DNA of 64,000 nucleotides from Parachlamydiales bacterium (GTDB lineage Bacteria; Chlamydiota; Chlamydiia; Chlamydiales; SM23-39): NCBI GenBank assembly GCA_015661075.1, contig JACVQJ010000004.1, positions 32,194 to 96,193 of the forward strand, read 5' to 3'. Shown piece by piece: positions 60,809 to 64,000 of this stretch (position 1 is its first letter; each line of letters starts with the position of its first letter). The notes under the pieces were generated by a model. It saw only the letters and a program-made list of their open reading frames with translations, ran no database searches and was not told where the DNA came from. The position numbers and the translations under genes were made by a program.

Positions 60809-62236
60809 ATGTCTTCTTTTATTGGACGTGAGCCTGAGATGGCGAGGTTGAAAGGCCTCTTAAGCAAGCGAAGCGCGAGTCTAATCGTAGTACGAGGCCG
60901 AAGGCGAATTGGTAAAAGCAGGTTGCTTGCTGAATTTGGCAAAGAAATGAAAAGTTTTTTCTTTTCCGGCATGCCCCCTGTGTTTAAGATGAATGCTCAG
61001 CTCCAGAGAGAGGAATTTGCCAATCAAATGGAAAGAGCCGGATTGCCTGGCGTTAAACCGGATGATTGGGGGAATCTTTTTTGGGCTCTATCAAAACATA
61101 CAGAAAAAGGGAAAATGCTTGTCGTTTTTGATGAGATATCGTGGATGGGGGGAAAAGATCCGACTTTTTTGGGCAAGCTAAAAACTGCATGGGATATGCA
61201 TTTCAGCAAAAACCCTCATTTAGTGATGGCTCTTTGCGGTTCCATTTCCTCATGGATCGAGGAAAACATTTTAAGCAGTACGGGCTTTGTCGGAAGAATT
61301 ACAATCGACCTTGTTTTAGAAGAACTTCCGCTTAATGTTTGCAACGCTTTTTGGCGTCCCAAAGAAAAACGCATCGGTGCATTTGAAAAATTTAAGCTTT
61401 TATCTATTACAGGCGGCGTGCCACGCTATCTCGAAGAAATTGCACCTGAGCTTCCTGCTGAAAAAAACATCCAGAATCTTTGCTTCACTCGGGGTGGATT
61501 ATTAGTGCGAGAATTTGATGAGATATTTTCTGATCTATTTTCGCGCCGTAGCGGAAGCTACAAAGAAATCGTCACTATTCTTGCAGATGGTTCAAAAGAA
61601 CTTCCGGAAATTTGTAAAGAATTGAAAAAAAGTCGGGGCGGATTACGAAATAAATATTTAGATGATCTGGTCATGGCAGGATTTGTCCAAAGAGATTTTA
61701 CCTGGTACCTGGAGAATGGAAAAGAGGGGAAATTAAGCCGATATCGATTAAGCGATAATTATCTCCGTTTTTATCTGAAATACATTTCTCGCAATCTTTC
61801 AAAAATAAAAAAAGGCGATTTTTCCAATTTTACATTAACCAACCTGCCCGGCTGGGAAGGTATTATGGGATTACAATTTGAGAATTTAGTTGTTCATAAT
61901 CGCAGTACTGTTTGGAAACTATTGGCTATATCTCCGGAGGAAGTAGTGATGGACGGTCCATTTTTTCAAAACCCCACAAGAAGACAACCTGGATGTCAAA
62001 TCGATTACATGATCCAAACGCGATTTCAAAATTTGTATCTTTGCGAGGTGAAATTCTCGAAAAATCGGATCGATAAAAGTGTAATTAAGGAAATGGAAGA
62101 AAAAAGAGAGCGATTAAAAATGCCCAGGCAGTTTTCGGTCAGACCTGTCCTGATCCACGTAAATGGTGTTGAAGATTCCGTTTTAGATGAGGGGTATTTC
62201 GATCAGGTGATTGATTTTAGCCATCTGTTAAACTGA
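60809..62236 (+). CDS. AAA ATPase-wHTH-PD-(D/E)xK nuclease (DUF234-type) protein, paralog B
   Basis: GRRRIGKS, VFDE, TGGVPRYLE, QIDYMI...LCEVKFS; clearly paralogous to 20278-21711. Confidence 0.85.
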   Translation: MSSFIGREPEMARLKGLLSKRSASLIVVRGRRRIGKSRLLAEFGKEMKSFFFSGMPPVFKMNAQLQREEFANQMERAGLPGVKPDDWGNLFWALSKHTEKGKMLVVFDEISWMGGKDPTFLGKLKTAWDMHFSKNPHLVMALCGSISSWIEENILSSTGFVGRITIDLVLEELPLNVCNAFWRPKEKRIGAFEKFKLLSITGGVPRYLEEIAPELPAEKNIQNLCFTRGGLLVREFDEIFSDLFSRRSGSYKEIVTILADGSKELPEICKELKKSRGGLRNKYLDDLVMAGFVQRDFTWYLENGKEGKLSRYRLSDNYLRFYLKYISRNLSKIKKGDFSNFTLTNLPGWEGIMGLQFENLVVHNRSTVWKLLAISPEEVVMDGPFFQNPTRRQPGCQIDYMIQTRFQNLYLCEVKFSKNRIDKSVIKEMEEKRERLKMPRQFSVRPVLIHVNGVEDSVLDEGYFDQVIDFSHLLN

Positions 62237-62256
62237 TCTTCAATGCCGTGTTAATA

Positions 62257-64000
62257 TTAAGGCACTACGTAAATACCCGCGGCCCTGATCCGCTCGATCT
62301 CATCAGGAATCAGGGTAGAATGCGGGGAGAACAGGATGGTTATCCCATCGCGCTGCAACGCCGCAAGCCCCTCGCCCCGGATTAGCGGGCAATCCTGAAC
62401 CCTCAGCCATTGCAGCGGGAGATCCTTGAGCCTCTTCAATCCCTCATCGGTGATCCGATCGATGGATTTTAGAGTAAGATATTGAATTTGCAAATCTTGC
62501 AGTACATCCACTAAACGATCCCCCACTTCGGGACAATGATCGAGGGTCAATTCCACCAAGAAACGATTAGCGGCAATGAACGGCAAGATGGCCTCCTCCG
62601 ACACCGCTGCATCTGCGACGACGAGAAACCGCAGCGATTGGAGGGGCGCAAAATCTAGAAAGTGCTGATTGGTCCACCCCGCACAGCATAGGCGCAGATC
62701 ATGCAGAGCGCCCAGCCTGGCAATCCAAGGCGCCCATGTACTGCCGTCGAGCTGCGGGCACTCGAGCAGATTCAACTGCCGCAAATGGCGGGCCGGCTCT
62801 GTTGTCGGCAATAGAGATCGCAAATCATCGAGTCCTTGCAAACTCAGCTCTTCCAACCGGCAACCTTGCAAAAGATCCTGAACGCCGCGATCGGTGATCA
62901 GGGAGCAGTGAGAGAGGTTCAGCGTGGCGAGATGCGGACAAGCGCGACGGATTGCATCGAGTGACGGGTCGCTCACGCGCCAGCAATGAGTGAGATTGAG
63001 CCGTTTGAGGGCATCATTTCGGATCTTGAGACTCCGGATGTTGGCACACGATGTCAGATCCAATGAAAAAAGAGACGGGCGGCGCCGCAATTCTTCTTGC
63101 AGCTCTTCATCGGTAATGTCCCGGGGCGGAGCAAAATGCAGCCCTTCGTTTAAGCAGGAAGGCGGCGCCCAGGCGCGCTGATCGTAGAGCTCCTGAACGG
63201 CATTTGCGAAAGATTGTAATTTTCCTTTGAGGCGGCGCCACGAACGGGGCTGATTGATCCGTTCATCGGGATCGGATCGAATATCGAATAACTCTTCCTG
63301 CCCGACTCTGATGATCCCCTTCCATCGGCCCTGGCGCAGCGCGATGATTCCCTCTTCAAAGGGACACGACATGAAGACGCTGCGCTTTTTTTTTCGCATC
63401 AGGCTTGTCCCCAGGCTGTGGTGGGGCGCCTGAATCCGGAAGAGATCCAGAATAGTGGGCAACAGATCCATCTGACTGCACGGATCATCGATGATGCGGG
63501 GCTGATCGAGACCCTGCGCCAAAATGAGCAGCGGCACCCGCACGTCCTCTTCATAGAGCATGCGGTGCACTTCAATCGGGCGGTCATGCTCGCCCTGGGA
63601 CTGTCCATGATCTCCCAGAATGAAGAGAATCGAGTGTTGCAACAGATCCGCCTCTTCGAGCTGGCGCATCCATTCCTGCAACGCCCAATCGGTGTAAGCC
63701 ATGGTATTCAGATAAGGCTCGGAGAATTTGCGCTCCCAGCCAGGCGGAGAAATCCATGGATGATGGTTCGTGATGGAAAAGAGGTTCAGAAAGACGGGCG
63801 TTTTCTGTTTTTTCAGCCAATTGATCCCGTAGCGAACCAGCGCCTCGTCATGAATGCCCCAGCTCGTCGAAGCCACGCCAGGGAGAGCCTCCTCGATCTC
63901 CCGCTTGCCGATGATCGTCTCAAATCCTTGCGATCGGTAAAACGCCTCGCTGCCCTGAAACTGCAGATGGGCGCCCTGGATAACAGCCGGATGATACCCT
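62257..64000 (-). CDS. Sulfatase/LTA-synthase-like domain fused to Cys-containing leucine-rich repeats (5'-partial)
   Basis: SITNHHPW, ILGDHGQ, YEEDVRVPLL, SQMDLLPTILDL, then repeats such as LNLSHCSLITDRGV; frame stays open to the window end. Confidence 0.8.
   Translation of the reverse strand, partial: GYHPAVIQGAHLQFQGSEAFYRSQGFETIIGKREIEEALPGVASTSWGIHDEALVRYGINWLKKQKTPVFLNLFSITNHHPWISPPGWERKFSEPYLNTMAYTDWALQEWMRQLEEADLLQHSILFILGDHGQSQGEHDRPIEVHRMLYEEDVRVPLLILAQGLDQPRIIDDPCSQMDLLPTILDLFRIQAPHHSLGTSLMRKKKRSVFMSCPFEEGIIALRQGRWKGIIRVGQEELFDIRSDPDERINQPRSWRRLKGKLQSFANAVQELYDQRAWAPPSCLNEGLHFAPPRDITDEELQEELRRRPSLFSLDLTSCANIRSLKIRNDALKRLNLTHCWRVSDPSLDAIRRACPHLATLNLSHCSLITDRGVQDLLQGCRLEELSLQGLDDLRSLLPTTEPARHLRQLNLLECPQLDGSTWAPWIARLGALHDLRLCCAGWTNQHFLDFAPLQSLRFLVVADAAVSEEAILPFIAANRFLVELTLDHCPEVGDRLVDVLQDLQIQYLTLKSIDRITDEGLKRLKDLPLQWLRVQDCPLIRGEGLAALQRDGITILFSPHSTLIPDEIERIRAAGIYVVP

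Overview
Chromosomal window from an environmental Chlamydiota genome. The assignment rests on the cdsU-cdsV-copN-scc1-malQ T3SS block, the SEC-C-extended Map, the Lpg1974/MOMP-like porins and the glyQS/ispE/rpl gene order. GC-rich housekeeping blocks alternate with AT-rich accessory stretches. Main result: a complete diversity-generating retroelement (DGR) at about 47.7-50.65 kb (TR, Avd, RT, GAA-loop hairpin, VR). Its target looks like a membrane-anchored F-box-like effector with a hypervariable C-terminal CLec-type domain, and its layout is non-canonical: TR+, avd-, RT+, target-, with the avd and RT start codons overlapping on one CATG. Second result: two paralogous ATPase-wHTH-nuclease genes, each preceded by a pair of palindromes with the same geometry (11-bp spacer, 55-bp period) but different outer arms, suggesting paralog-specific operators. 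Also present: an IS5-type shell whose transposase is replaced by an IR-flanked GxxExxY gene and which rewrote the mnmA C-terminus; a palindromic repeat family with one copy inserted in frame in ispE; an IS91/IS5/group II intron pile-up at 15-20 kb; several MITEs; and effector-like genes (CE-clan protease, sulfatase-LRR fusion). All calls come from reading the sequence; no database searches were run.
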